The notes: generated from the letters alone by a model not told the origin. 64,000 bases of DNA from Alphaproteobacteria bacterium (GCA_050175015.1 JBFXJJ010000004.1:32001-96000), one strand, 5' to 3'. Numbered from the stretch's first letter, positions 1-10,324 are shown. Program-made: numbers and translations.

Positions 1-478
1 TTAAAATTAGACCACCCAAAGAATAGCCCTGATTAGCATTAGCATTTACACGCCAATCTGCCTTATCCAAATATTCATTAACAGATGAAGCAACATCAAC
101 AAGGGTTTTACAATCTTGACGCAGTTTGCTGCGTTTTTCACGATACACAATATAAGCACGTGCGGTCTCAAAAAAGTTAGATGAGATCAAAACCTGCTCG
201 ACTACATCTTGAATATTTTCAATCGTAGGAGCGTTTTTTTCAAAACGATGGCGCAAAACTTTCAAAACCTGTGCGGTTAAAAGCTTTGCTTCTTCTTCTT
301 CAAATTCTTCAGTTGCCACCCCAGCACGTTTAATCGCTGAAAAGATTTTTGTTTTATCAAAGGGAACTTCAATTCCGTCACGTTTCATAACACTAACAAT
401 AGCGTTATTTTCAACTGTGGTTGGCAAACTATCGTTTCCAAAAGAAGAAGGGGTTATATCCACTTTTAAATTCTCCAT
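1..478 (-). CDS. nrdD: Anaerobic (class III) ribonucleoside-triphosphate reductase, 5' part with ATP cone; runs off the window start
   Basis: Not in the ORF track; translated by hand. ATP cone (VMKRDGIEVPFDKTKIFSAIKRAG...IENIQDVVEQVLI...TARAYIVYREKR) followed by EYLDKADWRVNANANQGYSLGGLIL. Start is ATG at 478 or GTG at 463, which follows a GGAGA RBS. Confidence 0.9.
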   Translation of the reverse strand, partial: MENLKVDITPSSFGNDSLPTTVENNAIVSVMKRDGIEVPFDKTKIFSAIKRAGVATEEFEEEEAKLLTAQVLKVLRHRFEKNAPTIENIQDVVEQVLISSNFFETARAYIVYREKRSKLRQDCKTLVDVASSVNEYLDKADWRVNANANQGYSLGGLIL

Positions 479-506
479 ACTAAATAATGATTTATTATTA
501 AAAACA

Positions 507-592
507 GAACTACATCTAGAACTGCTCAGAACTACTTATTGTGTCTCCAATCAATTTTTAGCCACAATATATTGTGATTTTATGATATGCAA
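507..592 (-). promoter_or_regulatory. nrdD promoter with three NrdR boxes
   Basis: CCACAATATATTGTGA (562-577) is close to the NrdR consensus acaCwAtATaTwGtg; weaker copies at 529-544 and 507-522. A minus-strand TTGCAT-N17-TATTGT (592-564) overlaps the best box. Confidence 0.75.
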
Positions 593-766
593 CCCTAAAA
601 AAACACTTGACAGTCCTTATTTAAACTAAGCTTTTGTTTTTTATAATAAATATTTTTTTTTACGAATTAACCATTTTTATCTTGCAGGTGGAATCAAGTC
701 CTATTCAGCATCTTAAAATATAAATTTTTGATAACGACAACACGAATAAAACCTTTAGAAACCAAC

Positions 767-803
767 AAAAAAAGAGACTAAAACGAATCTTTTAGTCTCT
801 TTT
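767..803. terminator. Intrinsic terminator downstream of the glycosyltransferase
   Basis: Hairpin AAAAGAGACTAAAA-N6-TTTTAGTCTCTTTT. Confidence 0.7.
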
Positions 804-881
804 AAAATGCGGCATAAAAAACTTTATACTAAATATGCTATTTTAATCTTACCAATTGAATTATGGGGATTATAAGCATAA

Positions 882-2111
882 TTACTTCTTATCTTTGATA
901 ATTGAGTCATATAAATCAAAGGTTTTTCTAGCGATTCCTGACCAGCTAAAAATTTCTTCAACCCTTTTCCTACCATTCTCACCTAGAGTTTTTGCTAAGT
1001 TCTTATCCGAAGCTACTTTATTAATAGCTTCAGCCATTTGCATAGCAAATTTTTCAGGATTTCTAGGATCGTGCGGCGGCTCATCAGAAAGCTCAGGATC
1101 AACCAGATAGCCAGTCTGACCGTCAACAACAACCTCCTTAATGCCGCCAACAGCGCTTCCGACAACGGGAGTCCCGCAGGACATAGCTTCAAGATTGATA
1201 ATCCCGAATGGCTCGTATATTGAAGGACAGCAGAATACTGTTGCTCCTGAATAAAAACGAATAGCGGTCTGTCTTGAAACCATTTCAGGAATCCATATAA
1301 CGCCTTCTCTTTCTTTTTTTAAATCGGCAACCATAGCTTCTAGTTCTTTCTGCATTTCAGGTGTGTCAGCATCACCTGCACATAGAACTAACTGCAAATC
1401 TTTATTAAGATGGCGAGCCGCTTTCAAAAGATAATAAAAGCCTTTCTGCCTAGTCATTCTTCCGACAAAAAGAACATAGGGTTTATCTGGATTTATTCCA
1501 TATTTAATAAGCGTTTCATTATCATAAGTTGGTTTGTATTCATTAATGTCAATACCATTATAAATAATAGCTATTTTTGATTCATCTATATCAGGAAAAC
1601 ATTTTATAATGTCAGCTTTAGTGCTTTGAGAAACCGCAATGATAGCATCTGCATTTTCTAAAGCCATTTTTTCAATCCAGCTAGACAAGTCATATCCTCT
1701 GCCTAGCTGCTCCCTCTTCCAAGGACGCAGTGGCTCCAAAGAATGAACCGTAACAACCAAGGGCGTACCATATAAAATTTTTGATATTACGCCGCCAAAA
1801 TCGGCATACCAAGTATGACAATGGACAACATCGGCATCGATTCCCTGCCCATTAAAAACCAATCCTGTAAAAAATGCCTTAAGTGGTGAGACAAATTCTT
1901 TTGGACAACCCGAAAAAATTGAAGCATCAACTTTTGTACCTTTTACAATCAGTTTCCCGTTTTCCAACAGATCATTTTGGTTATGAAAAGACCTAACTTC
2001 TACATTGGCCTCTTTTATTTTTGCCATTTCCTTAGAAAGATATTCGACATGCACGCCTGCTCCACCATAAATGTTAGGTGGAAATTCATTCGTCATATAT
2101 AATACGCGCAT
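882..2111 (-). CDS. glgA: GT4 glycosyltransferase, Corynebacterium-type GlgA / GlgM (maltose-1-phosphate synthase-like)
   Basis: Motifs TNEFPPNIYGGAGVHV, HCHTWYA, HSLEPLRPWKREQLGRGY and CPSIYEPFGIINLEAM. Confidence 0.85.
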   Translation of the reverse strand: MRVLYMTNEFPPNIYGGAGVHVEYLSKEMAKIKEANVEVRSFHNQNDLLENGKLIVKGTKVDASIFSGCPKEFVSPLKAFFTGLVFNGQGIDADVVHCHTWYADFGGVISKILYGTPLVVTVHSLEPLRPWKREQLGRGYDLSSWIEKMALENADAIIAVSQSTKADIIKCFPDIDESKIAIIYNGIDINEYKPTYDNETLIKYGINPDKPYVLFVGRMTRQKGFYYLLKAARHLNKDLQLVLCAGDADTPEMQKELEAMVADLKKEREGVIWIPEMVSRQTAIRFYSGATVFCCPSIYEPFGIINLEAMSCGTPVVGSAVGGIKEVVVDGQTGYLVDPELSDEPPHDPRNPEKFAMQMAEAINKVASDKNLAKTLGENGRKRVEEIFSWSGIARKTFDLYDSIIKDKK

Positions 2112-2231
2112 AAAAAAACTCCTTAATTATTAATTTTATTTACAAATGATGCTCATAGATTTTATAACAAATAGAAAAGTCTTGATAGGTTATTATCATA
2201 TTACCTCTTATTAAATTTTAATGGAAATAAA

Positions 2232-3611
2232 ATGAATTATCAAACATCATCAGACTATCAATTTCTCATAAGAATGGCTGATGGAACCTTAAAACAAATC
2301 AATCCATTCAGTGGAACTCAAGTTTGGACCGTTCCTGGAAGAGGGAATCGTCCAATTTCATCTGATAGAACTGCGAATCTATTAGCCCATGAAACGCCAG
2401 AAAGTTACTGTGCTTTTTGCGAAAGTCGTTATTTTGAAACACCGCCAGAAAAAGAACGCCTTGTTTTAGAAAACGGCGAATATAATAAGATTTCAAACAT
2501 CAGTGGTTCTGAACTTTTAAAAACTAAAGCTGAGTTTCGCAGAGTATCAAACCTTTTTGAAATCATATCTTTTGATTATTGGCAGCAGAACTATGGTTTT
2601 AATGTCAGTGATAGCGCAGAAAGAGCAAGAAAAAATTATATGTCAACACCAGAAGGTAAAAAGCATGTAATGGATATTATAGATTTCAAGTTAAGAAGCT
2701 CTGGTCTTACAGAACAACAAATAGATGCCATTGACGATGATGATAAAATGCAGATATCAAATGGCTTCTTTGCAGGGTGTCACGAATTAATTATAGGCCG
2801 CAAACACTTCTTTGAAGGTGCCACCCACGATAATGACAACTGTTCGTCTGGTTGCCTAACCCCCGAGGAACATTATCAATATATTAATTTTACGGTTGAT
2901 GCTCTTAAAGATATTTATTTAAAAAACCGCTATGCTAGATTCGTAACCGTCTTCCAAAACTGGCTGAAACCAGCGGGAGCTTCATTTGATCACCTCCACA
3001 AACAATTAGTCGCAATAGACGGGAGAAGCGCTGCCAATGATTATGAATTCCAATTAGCAAGGAGCAACCCTAACCTTTACAACGACTATGCCGCCAATTA
3101 TGCTGGATATAATAATCTTGTTGTAGCAGAAAATGACTATGCGATTGCTTTTGCCGACTTCGGTCATAGATATCCAACCCTTGCCGTCTACTCTAAAGCA
3201 AAACGCAATCAACCTTGGAATCAAAATCCAGAGGAAATCAGAGGAATGTCTGATTTAGTTCACGCCTGCCATGCGGCTATGGGCAATCAAATTCCCTGCA
3301 ATGAAGAATGGTATTATCGCCCACCTGATGTTGACATTGCTATGCCTTGGCACATTCTTATTAAATGGCGTATTAGCAACCCTGCGGGCTTTGAAGCCGT
3401 AACCAAAATATTTGTTAATACTATTGAGCCTTGGACACTTAGAGATAAAGTTGTTCCTAAACTTTTCAGTTTGAGAAAAGCTGGCAAAATTGCTCGAATG
3501 AAAATCGCGATGGAATGCGACTGTGTCCCTAACTGTTTAATGTATAACCCATACTTAAACATTAACAATACCTACAGCCACCCTGGCCGTGAAAAAAATA
3601 TGAATTTATAA
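2232..3611 (+). CDS. DUF4921-like protein, GalT/HIT nucleotidyltransferase superfamily
   Basis: N-terminal MADGTLKQINPFSGTQVWTVPGRGNRP, CAFC zinc motif and FQNWLKPAGASFDHLHKQ (GalT-type HxHxQ). Confidence 0.75.
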   Translation: MNYQTSSDYQFLIRMADGTLKQINPFSGTQVWTVPGRGNRPISSDRTANLLAHETPESYCAFCESRYFETPPEKERLVLENGEYNKISNISGSELLKTKAEFRRVSNLFEIISFDYWQQNYGFNVSDSAERARKNYMSTPEGKKHVMDIIDFKLRSSGLTEQQIDAIDDDDKMQISNGFFAGCHELIIGRKHFFEGATHDNDNCSSGCLTPEEHYQYINFTVDALKDIYLKNRYARFVTVFQNWLKPAGASFDHLHKQLVAIDGRSAANDYEFQLARSNPNLYNDYAANYAGYNNLVVAENDYAIAFADFGHRYPTLAVYSKAKRNQPWNQNPEEIRGMSDLVHACHAAMGNQIPCNEEWYYRPPDVDIAMPWHILIKWRISNPAGFEAVTKIFVNTIEPWTLRDKVVPKLFSLRKAGKIARMKIAMECDCVPNCLMYNPYLNINNTYSHPGREKNMNL

Positions 3612-3617
3612 AACAAA

Positions 3618-3662
3618 TGCAGAAGAAACTAAAAATTGCTCAAAAATCAAGTTTCTTCTGCA
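3618..3662. terminator. Hairpin / probable terminator
   Basis: 13-bp inverted repeat TGCAGAAGAAACT...AGTTTCTTCTGCA just after the stop codon; the 19-nt loop is long. Confidence 0.55.
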
Positions 3663-3811
3663 ATTTTCTTGTTAATAAATGACAACAACCGTTGCAAAAA
3701 AGACACATTATATTATATAAATATAAAAATATTGTATAAAGAAACTTGGCGAAACACTCTTTTTTATGTTATCAATTTTAATTGATAAATAATTAGAATT
3801 AGGCTCACTAT

Positions 3812-4657
3812 ATGAACATAGATTTTAAATTAAAGCACTTGCTATCAACCAAAACCAACAGCTTTTTGGTCGTTCTATTAATGGCTTGCACCCTAACTTC
3901 AGGTTGTGCCATCAAAAATCAAGAACATCTATCTGATAGTATGTCTATGGAAGTTGCTAAACCTTTTGATGTTAATGATCCTATTGAGCCTTTTAATCGG
4001 TTTATGTTTGGCTTTAATATGTTTGTTGACCGAATTGCAATCGAACCGATAGCAAGGGGCTACCGCTTTGCTGTACCTAAACCTGCAAGAAATTCTATCG
4101 GAAACGCTTTAGACAATTTAAAATCTCCAGTATATTTTGCTAATACTCTTCTTGAAGGTGACGTCAAGGGATCAGGCAAAACGCTTGCAAGATTCACAAT
4201 CAATTCAACTATCGGTATTGTTGGTTTATTTGACGTTGCAAGCAAATTAGGTCTTCCTCTTATAAAACGTGACTTTGGTGAAACTTTGGCCTCTTGGGGA
4301 TCTAATGAAGGTTATTATGTTGTTCTTCCTCTTCTTGGACCATCTAATGTCAGGGATACAGCTGGTTTAGTAGCTGATAATCTTATGGATCCGTTTATGT
4401 GGATTGCGGCTAACAGCAGTGATGCAAACGCTAAAGCCTATGGCTACGTAAGAACTGGTCTTAAAGCTATAGATTCTAGAGAAAAGATGCTTGATACTAT
4501 GGACGATATAAAACGTAATTCTTTAGACTTATATACCGCTACCAAAACAATGTATCGCCAAAACAGAAAGAAACAAGTTAATCAAACTTTGAAAGATTTA
4601 GGCAGAGAAGAAGCTTCTCAAAAAGCACTTTATGATTTTGATTACAACGTTGAATAA
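3812..4657 (+). CDS. mlaA: MlaA/VacJ lipid asymmetry lipoprotein
   Basis: Lipobox LTSGC; motifs DPIEPFNR, RFTINSTIGIVGLFDVA, DFGETLASWG and VLPLLGPSNVRD. Confidence 0.92.
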   Translation: MNIDFKLKHLLSTKTNSFLVVLLMACTLTSGCAIKNQEHLSDSMSMEVAKPFDVNDPIEPFNRFMFGFNMFVDRIAIEPIARGYRFAVPKPARNSIGNALDNLKSPVYFANTLLEGDVKGSGKTLARFTINSTIGIVGLFDVASKLGLPLIKRDFGETLASWGSNEGYYVVLPLLGPSNVRDTAGLVADNLMDPFMWIAANSSDANAKAYGYVRTGLKAIDSREKMLDTMDDIKRNSLDLYTATKTMYRQNRKKQVNQTLKDLGREEASQKALYDFDYNVE

Positions 4658-4666
4658 AAATTAAAA

Positions 4667-5296
4667 TTGGAGCCATCAAATATGAATAAACTAACCGCAA
4701 AATTAGTTTTACCGTTGTTATTCTTGTCTTTCGCTTTTATGTTCTGCAATACAGAAGCAAAAGCTGCTGATATGCCTAAAGAATACATTGAAAAATTAGC
4801 CGATGTAATGATAACTAATATCACCTCTAAAAATGGTGACAAAGTAGAAAACTTTAGAAAACTTTTTATCAATAATGTCGATGTTGAGTCTATCGCCAGA
4901 TTTGTCTTAGGAGCCCAGTGGCGCTCTCTTGATAAAGCTAAGCAAAAAGATTTTATGAAAGCCTTTACGGAAGTAAATGTTCTAACTTGGTCAAAAAGAT
5001 TTGATGAATATAAAGGGGAAAAAATCACTTTCCAAGACAGTACTCCTGCTCAATCCCCTAAACAATTTTTTGTTAGGAGCTCTGTTGACTTAGGAGAAGG
5101 TCAAAAAGCTGAAGTTGTTTGGAGATTAAAACAAATAGATAAAAGCTTCAAAATCATAGATATCGTAGTTGAAGGTGTGAGTATGTCTATTACCTATCGT
5201 AATGATTACAATTCAGTTATCCAGAACTCTCCTGATGGTATTGACGGATTAATTCATACTCTTAATGTAAAAATTGAAGAATTAAGCGCCAAGTAA
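4667..5296 (+). CDS. mlaC: MlaC/Ttg2D phospholipid-binding periplasmic protein
   Basis: Signal peptide; motifs IARFVLGAQWR and KIIDIVVEGVSMSITYRNDY; directly follows mlaA. Confidence 0.9.
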   Translation: MEPSNMNKLTAKLVLPLLFLSFAFMFCNTEAKAADMPKEYIEKLADVMITNITSKNGDKVENFRKLFINNVDVESIARFVLGAQWRSLDKAKQKDFMKAFTEVNVLTWSKRFDEYKGEKITFQDSTPAQSPKQFFVRSSVDLGEGQKAEVVWRLKQIDKSFKIIDIVVEGVSMSITYRNDYNSVIQNSPDGIDGLIHTLNVKIEELSAK

Positions 5297-5327
5297 TTTT
5301 TTATAGTTTTAACACATAATAACACTT

Positions 5328-5368
5328 AGCTTTTTCTATACTTTACCGTCTAGAAAAAGCTTTTTTTT
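5328..5368 (+). terminator. Intrinsic terminator of mlaA-mlaC
   Basis: Stem AGCTTTTTCTA...TAGAAAAAGCT followed by a T run. Confidence 0.65.
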
Positions 5369-5496
5369 GATTATAGAACGTTGCAAACTGGTGAAATATT
5401 ATTTCCTTACATATAGAAACACTGAATATGAATATAAGATTTTGCTTTTAATATAACCTCAATGTTTGCCGTAAGACGGTTAAAAAACACGCAAAG

Positions 5497-5527
5497 AAAA
5501 GAGCATCTCGTAAGAAGATGCTCTTTT
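5497..5527 (-). terminator. Intrinsic terminator of the ABC pair
   Basis: AAAAGAGCATCT-N7-AGATGCTCTTTT. Confidence 0.7.
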
Positions 5528-5552
5528 GCTCAAAAATACGCTCTTAAATTTT

Positions 5553-6962
5553 TTAAGCCTTACTTTTTATGCCCCAATCCTGTTTTTTGATAACCCACTC
5601 GTGAACAACCTGTCCAATTACAATAAAGGCTTGTATAAACGGCAAAAGAACCGTTACCCAAATCATATCTTGAGGCCAAGGGAAAAATAGACCCGCCATA
5701 AAATCAAAATCATTTTTAACAAAGAAAACAGGCAATAGGGTATAGGAAGCCAAAATAAACAATATCGGCGACAGCGTATCACTATTTTTGCCCTTATTTT
5801 TTATCGCAAAAAGATAAATGATACCGACATCTCTTATCATAAAAAAGACTGCTGCAAAAATGCAGTAAGGCACTACAATCATCAGCTCTTCAGCCCTTCC
5901 CGATGGCAACCTAACATTATATACCGCTAAAGCAGCGACAAAAATAACCACAGGCAAAGTAACAATCGTTCTTGGAAGAATTGCCAAAAATCTACCCCAC
6001 TGCTTTGAAGCTATAAAATATTTTAAAAGGTGCAGCCTTAATGCATCTTTAGATTCACCGCAAGCAATAATATACATTATGGTCAAAACGACATTAAAAG
6101 CTATCGCATATCCTATGGGCATCGGAAATCTATCGTTATAACTACTAAATATTGACATAGGCTTATCAAATCCTGATATTACCAACACAAGAGATAAGAC
6201 GAATAAAAACCAAACAATCGGATTGTTATCAATTAAAAACTCAGATTTCATTGAAAAATATATTCCAATTAAGACCCAAAAGATTGCAAATAACGTTAGA
6301 GTTAAAACGAACGGTGCAACAAGATACAAATTACCATACCATAACAATCTGCCATCTTGAAAAAATTCATTGCCTACCCTGTCAAATCCAAACAATCCTC
6401 CCCAAAGGTCTTCGCTTAACATAGGAATAGCAGAGGCAATTCCGACAACTTGGAAAAACATTATTTCAAATTTTTCAAAGCTATTACGATAGCGCATAGA
6501 ATAAAGGCTAATTAACATTGAAACGGATTGCGCAAGAACACCAAAGGTTATCAGCAGCCCTAAATAATACCAGAAGAACTTAGCTGGTACTTTATCTCTT
6601 AACGTATACCCCAAAAACAAGAAACAAAAGATATTGCCATACCAAACAAAAGCCGTAGAACCAACAAGTTTCCCCCATACCATTTGCCAGGGATTGATAT
6701 TTGACATCTTTTGTTGCGCCCAAGTTCCGAGGTTGACTTCTCTGATTATGGTTTCTGATGATTGCCTTGTCCCCCATAAAAACGTAAGAATGCCATACAT
6801 AACCAGTCCAACCCAAGATATTTTATAATCTATATCGTTATTGTTTTGAAGATATGCCACTAAAAACACCGCCAGTAAGCCAAGAGGCATAGCTATGACT
6901 CTTCTTTTGTTAAATTCTAGCCATAAATTACGACGCAACTCTGGATTATTAAAAAGTTTCAT
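5553..6962 (-). CDS. Polytopic membrane protein, probable ABC-2 type permease
   Basis: About 12 hydrophobic segments; NPELRRNLWLE start and IIREVNLGTW...GKLVG motif; directly follows the ABC ATPase. Confidence 0.7.
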   Translation of the reverse strand: MKLFNNPELRRNLWLEFNKRRVIAMPLGLLAVFLVAYLQNNNDIDYKISWVGLVMYGILTFLWGTRQSSETIIREVNLGTWAQQKMSNINPWQMVWGKLVGSTAFVWYGNIFCFLFLGYTLRDKVPAKFFWYYLGLLITFGVLAQSVSMLISLYSMRYRNSFEKFEIMFFQVVGIASAIPMLSEDLWGGLFGFDRVGNEFFQDGRLLWYGNLYLVAPFVLTLTLFAIFWVLIGIYFSMKSEFLIDNNPIVWFLFVLSLVLVISGFDKPMSIFSSYNDRFPMPIGYAIAFNVVLTIMYIIACGESKDALRLHLLKYFIASKQWGRFLAILPRTIVTLPVVIFVAALAVYNVRLPSGRAEELMIVVPYCIFAAVFFMIRDVGIIYLFAIKNKGKNSDTLSPILFILASYTLLPVFFVKNDFDFMAGLFFPWPQDMIWVTVLLPFIQAFIVIGQVVHEWVIKKQDWGIKSKA

Positions 6963-6974
6963 AAGAACATCTCC

Positions 6975-7886
6975 CTAGCTGTTAATTGAAGCAATGTAGG
7001 CATCGTGAAGCTTGAAATTGCTCTCCTTAAATTCTGTAACGACCAAATCATTTTTGACTAACTTTGCTAAAACATCTGATTGCTCATTAATATCGCCTAA
7101 AAAAGAAAAAGATATGCCATCTTCATCTTTTATAATATCTGAAACATTGCTGATATTTTGAAGAATCCCGCAAGCTTTATCGAAATCAGAAACAAGCTTT
7201 AGCATTAATCTTTTAGAAGAAATCGAAGCTTGATTAGTTACATCTTTTTTAACAACAATTTCACCATTTTTAATAACAATCATATCTGTTGCATAATCGT
7301 CTAGTTCCGCAAGAATATGTGAGGATACGACCAAGGTCATACCTTCAGACTTTAATTGCTTAAACAATTTAGAAAGCTCTAGTCTAGCATCAGGATCAAG
7401 CCCCGATGCGGGTTCATCAAGCACTAAGAAATCAGGCTTATGAATAATCGCCTGACCTATGGCTAGTTTCTGCCTTAATCCTCGAGATAAATCACCAGCA
7501 AGATCTTTAATTCTATCAGTTAAACCCAGTCTTTCTGCGGTTATGGCAACGGCTTCATTAATTTTTTCTTCAGGAACATTTTGTGAAAGAGCGGCATAAT
7601 ATAAGCACTTTTCTACAGAAAGAGCGTCATAAAGACCAAAAAAATCTGGTAAATATCCCATATTCTTATGAACTTTTACAGGATTGAGATGAACATCATC
7701 ACCATTAAACCAAACGTTGCCCGCAAAAGGCAGAGTTAGTCCCGTGATACATCTTATTAAAGTTGTTTTCCCTGCTCCATTAGGACCAATTAAAACTGTA
7801 ATACTTCCTTTTTCAATCACAAAATTTAAGCCGTGAAGAACACGTTTATTTGGATATTCATAAATAAGATTTTCAACTTTTAACAT
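6975..7886 (-). CDS. ABC transporter ATP-binding protein
   Basis: Walker A GPNGAGKTT, signature LSRGLRQ, Walker B LVLDEP and SSHIL. Confidence 0.93.
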   Translation of the reverse strand: MLKVENLIYEYPNKRVLHGLNFVIEKGSITVLIGPNGAGKTTLIRCITGLTLPFAGNVWFNGDDVHLNPVKVHKNMGYLPDFFGLYDALSVEKCLYYAALSQNVPEEKINEAVAITAERLGLTDRIKDLAGDLSRGLRQKLAIGQAIIHKPDFLVLDEPASGLDPDARLELSKLFKQLKSEGMTLVVSSHILAELDDYATDMIVIKNGEIVVKKDVTNQASISSKRLMLKLVSDFDKACGILQNISNVSDIIKDEDGISFSFLGDINEQSDVLAKLVKNDLVVTEFKESNFKLHDAYIASINS

Positions 7887-7968
7887 TTATTTACTCCCAA
7901 TATTGCAGAATATCTCTTATAATATTTTTAAATCATTATCTTGTTTTTCTAGAAAGATTATAAACTAT

Positions 7969-9288
7969 ATGACAGCTTCGCCAATAATATTGTGGTTTAA
8001 AGATGATTTTAGATTTGTCGACAATGCGGCTTTAAATGCCGCAGCTAAAACAAAACGGACTATAATTCCCATTATTATAAGCGACAAAAAATTAAACCCC
8101 AAGGCTAAAGAATGGCGTCTATCATCAGTAAGCAGTTTAGCAAAAAAAATTAATACCTTGCAAGGAAACTTATATTACTTTGATGATGAGAACAAAAGCT
8201 TACAAGAAACAATAATTCTAATCTGCCGCCTTACCAGCGCATCAGAAATATATACTTCAGAAAGTGCTTCTTTTAACAAGTCGGAAAAAGAATTTGAACT
8301 GCAAAAAGAACTTAGCAAAAACAATCTTTTGCTGCATATCAGTCCACCTAATCTTTTAGTAGCTAGAGATGCTGTACGCAATAAAACAGGCAATCCATAT
8401 CAAAAATTTGCAGGCTTTTATAATCGATTACTAGAATTAGACATAGAAACGCCTGTTTCAGCACCAAAGGATATTAACTTTTATAACTCCTCTGATTTAG
8501 AAAAATATATTTTCAAGCAATATACCAAGCCAAATAATTTTTATGCTCAGCCTGGGGAAGAAGGCGCTTTTTCTGTTTTAGAATATTTTATAAAAAATAG
8601 GCTTAAAGATTATAGTGTTAATCGGGAATTTCCAGCCATCACGGGAACCTCTATGCTCTCGCCATACATCGCTTTAGGTGAGATTTCAGTAAAAACTATC
8701 TGGCATACTGTAAAACAAAGCTTTTTAGAACAAGATAAAATTTCATTTTTGCGGCAAGTCGTATGGAGAGAATTCTGTTATGATTTACTCAAGAGATATC
8801 CCAATATGGCAGAAAAACCAATTCGAGACAATTTTGCAAGTTTTCCTTGGACTTTTGATAAAGAGCTTTTTGAAAAATGGCAAAATGGAATTACAGGATA
8901 CCCTCTAGTCGATGCAGGTATAAGAGAGTTAAATCAAACAGGATATATGCATAACAGAGTGCGAATGATAACCGCATCATTTTTAACAAAGCACTTATTA
9001 ATACCGTGGCAATTCGGTGAAAAATATTTTAAAGAGAAACTATTAGATTATGATGAAGCCAACAACGCTGGCAACTGGCAGTGGGTAGCTGGCTGTGGAA
9101 TGGATTCTGCACCTTTTTTCCGTATATTTAACCCCGAATTACAAGCACAGAAATTTGATTCCAAACAAGAATATATTTTAAAATATATCCCTGAATTTTT
9201 TACCAGCTATCCTAAGCCAATTGTTAATCACCAAAAAGCTAGAGAAGCTGCTCTTACAGCTTATCATACCAATCTGGGTCGAATTTAA
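7969..9288 (+). CDS. phrB: Deoxyribodipyrimidine (CPD) photolyase
   Basis: Motifs WFKDDFRFVDNAAL, TSMLSPYIALGEIS, TGYPLVDAGIREL, GYMHNRVRM and WQWVAGCG. ATG at 7969 preferred over TTG at 7903. Confidence 0.9.
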   Translation: MTASPIILWFKDDFRFVDNAALNAAAKTKRTIIPIIISDKKLNPKAKEWRLSSVSSLAKKINTLQGNLYYFDDENKSLQETIILICRLTSASEIYTSESASFNKSEKEFELQKELSKNNLLLHISPPNLLVARDAVRNKTGNPYQKFAGFYNRLLELDIETPVSAPKDINFYNSSDLEKYIFKQYTKPNNFYAQPGEEGAFSVLEYFIKNRLKDYSVNREFPAITGTSMLSPYIALGEISVKTIWHTVKQSFLEQDKISFLRQVVWREFCYDLLKRYPNMAEKPIRDNFASFPWTFDKELFEKWQNGITGYPLVDAGIRELNQTGYMHNRVRMITASFLTKHLLIPWQFGEKYFKEKLLDYDEANNAGNWQWVAGCGMDSAPFFRIFNPELQAQKFDSKQEYILKYIPEFFTSYPKPIVNHQKAREAALTAYHTNLGRI

Positions 9289-10324
9289 CCTTAGAACGAA
9301 TTTCTTTTAGACTTTCAAGCCATTCTTTATTAGCTCTAGTTCCGCCAACGACTTCCTGACGAGCATTATAAATATCTGGCGACATAAATCTCTTAAGTTT
9401 TGCTCTCTGATCGTCGTCCATCAAACCAAAAGCAAAGTCAATGATATGGCACATAGCACATTCTTTAGCAAAAGTAAGACCATCTTCAAGTTTAATAGCA
9501 ACGCCAAGACCAAGAGCTGGAACCATCGCTATTTCGGTTCCTCTATTTCCTTGTTTGCAAACAACGCCTTTTAAAACCGCCGTAGAGGTAGAGTCAAAGC
9601 ATTTATTACCGCCATAATAATCAGGATATTTCATCATAGCTTTTATAATTTTGCGGCAGGCAGCAGCTTTTTTATCATCTAAGACTTCAGGTTTAGCAAA
9701 TTTGGCATAAGCTCTAGCAACTTCTCTTCTAGTAAAAGCAAAGGCAGGAACACCGCAGCCTTCAGTTGCTACTTCAGCTTTGTCCATATCGGCTTCAGTC
9801 ATTTCACCTAAAGTTTTTTTGACGAGCTGTTGAATTGGGTGATCTAACTCAATATAATTTTTTAAAGGAAATCCTAAAAATTTAGATACCGTTAAAAAGT
9901 TGGTATGTTTTCCTGAACAATTATTGTGAATTGGACGATATTCGGTTATCCCTCTTCTGATTAAAACATCAAAATTAGTATCATAGTTAGGAGGACCACA
10001 TTCTAACAAGTCCTCTGACAAACCAACGCGAGTAAGCCAATTAGCAATCGTTTCTTCTTGAAAATCTTCCCCGTAATGTGAAGAACAGCCAACCGCCAAC
10101 TCTTTTTCTGTTATATTAAAAAAATCGGCAGCACCTGATACAATTAATGGAATCTCCTGCATAGGTTTTGCGGCTGACCTAATAAATACAGCTTCATCAA
10201 TATCACCATAAGAAGCAAGGACTTCTCCTTCTGAACTAATTATAGCAACACTTCCTCTGTGCCTCGTTTCAACAACATTCCCCCTTACAACTTCAACTAA
10301 GACAGGGTTTGCTTTTTTTTCCAT
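9254..10324 (-). CDS. Rhizobium-type (class 3) L-asparaginase family protein
   Basis: Motifs RGNVVETRHRG, RSAAKP and HNNCSGKH. The 3' end overlaps the photolyase gene by 35 bp. Confidence 0.85.
   Translation of the reverse strand: MEKKANPVLVEVVRGNVVETRHRGSVAIISSEGEVLASYGDIDEAVFIRSAAKPMQEIPLIVSGAADFFNITEKELAVGCSSHYGEDFQEETIANWLTRVGLSEDLLECGPPNYDTNFDVLIRRGITEYRPIHNNCSGKHTNFLTVSKFLGFPLKNYIELDHPIQQLVKKTLGEMTEADMDKAEVATEGCGVPAFAFTRREVARAYAKFAKPEVLDDKKAAACRKIIKAMMKYPDYYGGNKCFDSTSTAVLKGVVCKQGNRGTEIAMVPALGLGVAIKLEDGLTFAKECAMCHIIDFAFGLMDDDQRAKLKRFMSPDIYNARQEVVGGTRANKEWLESLKEIRSKVKFDPDWYDKL

Noticed and set aside
417-629. 70-aa plus-strand ORF
   Set aside because: It overlaps the nrdD start and the NrdR boxes on the other strand and has no recognisable features.
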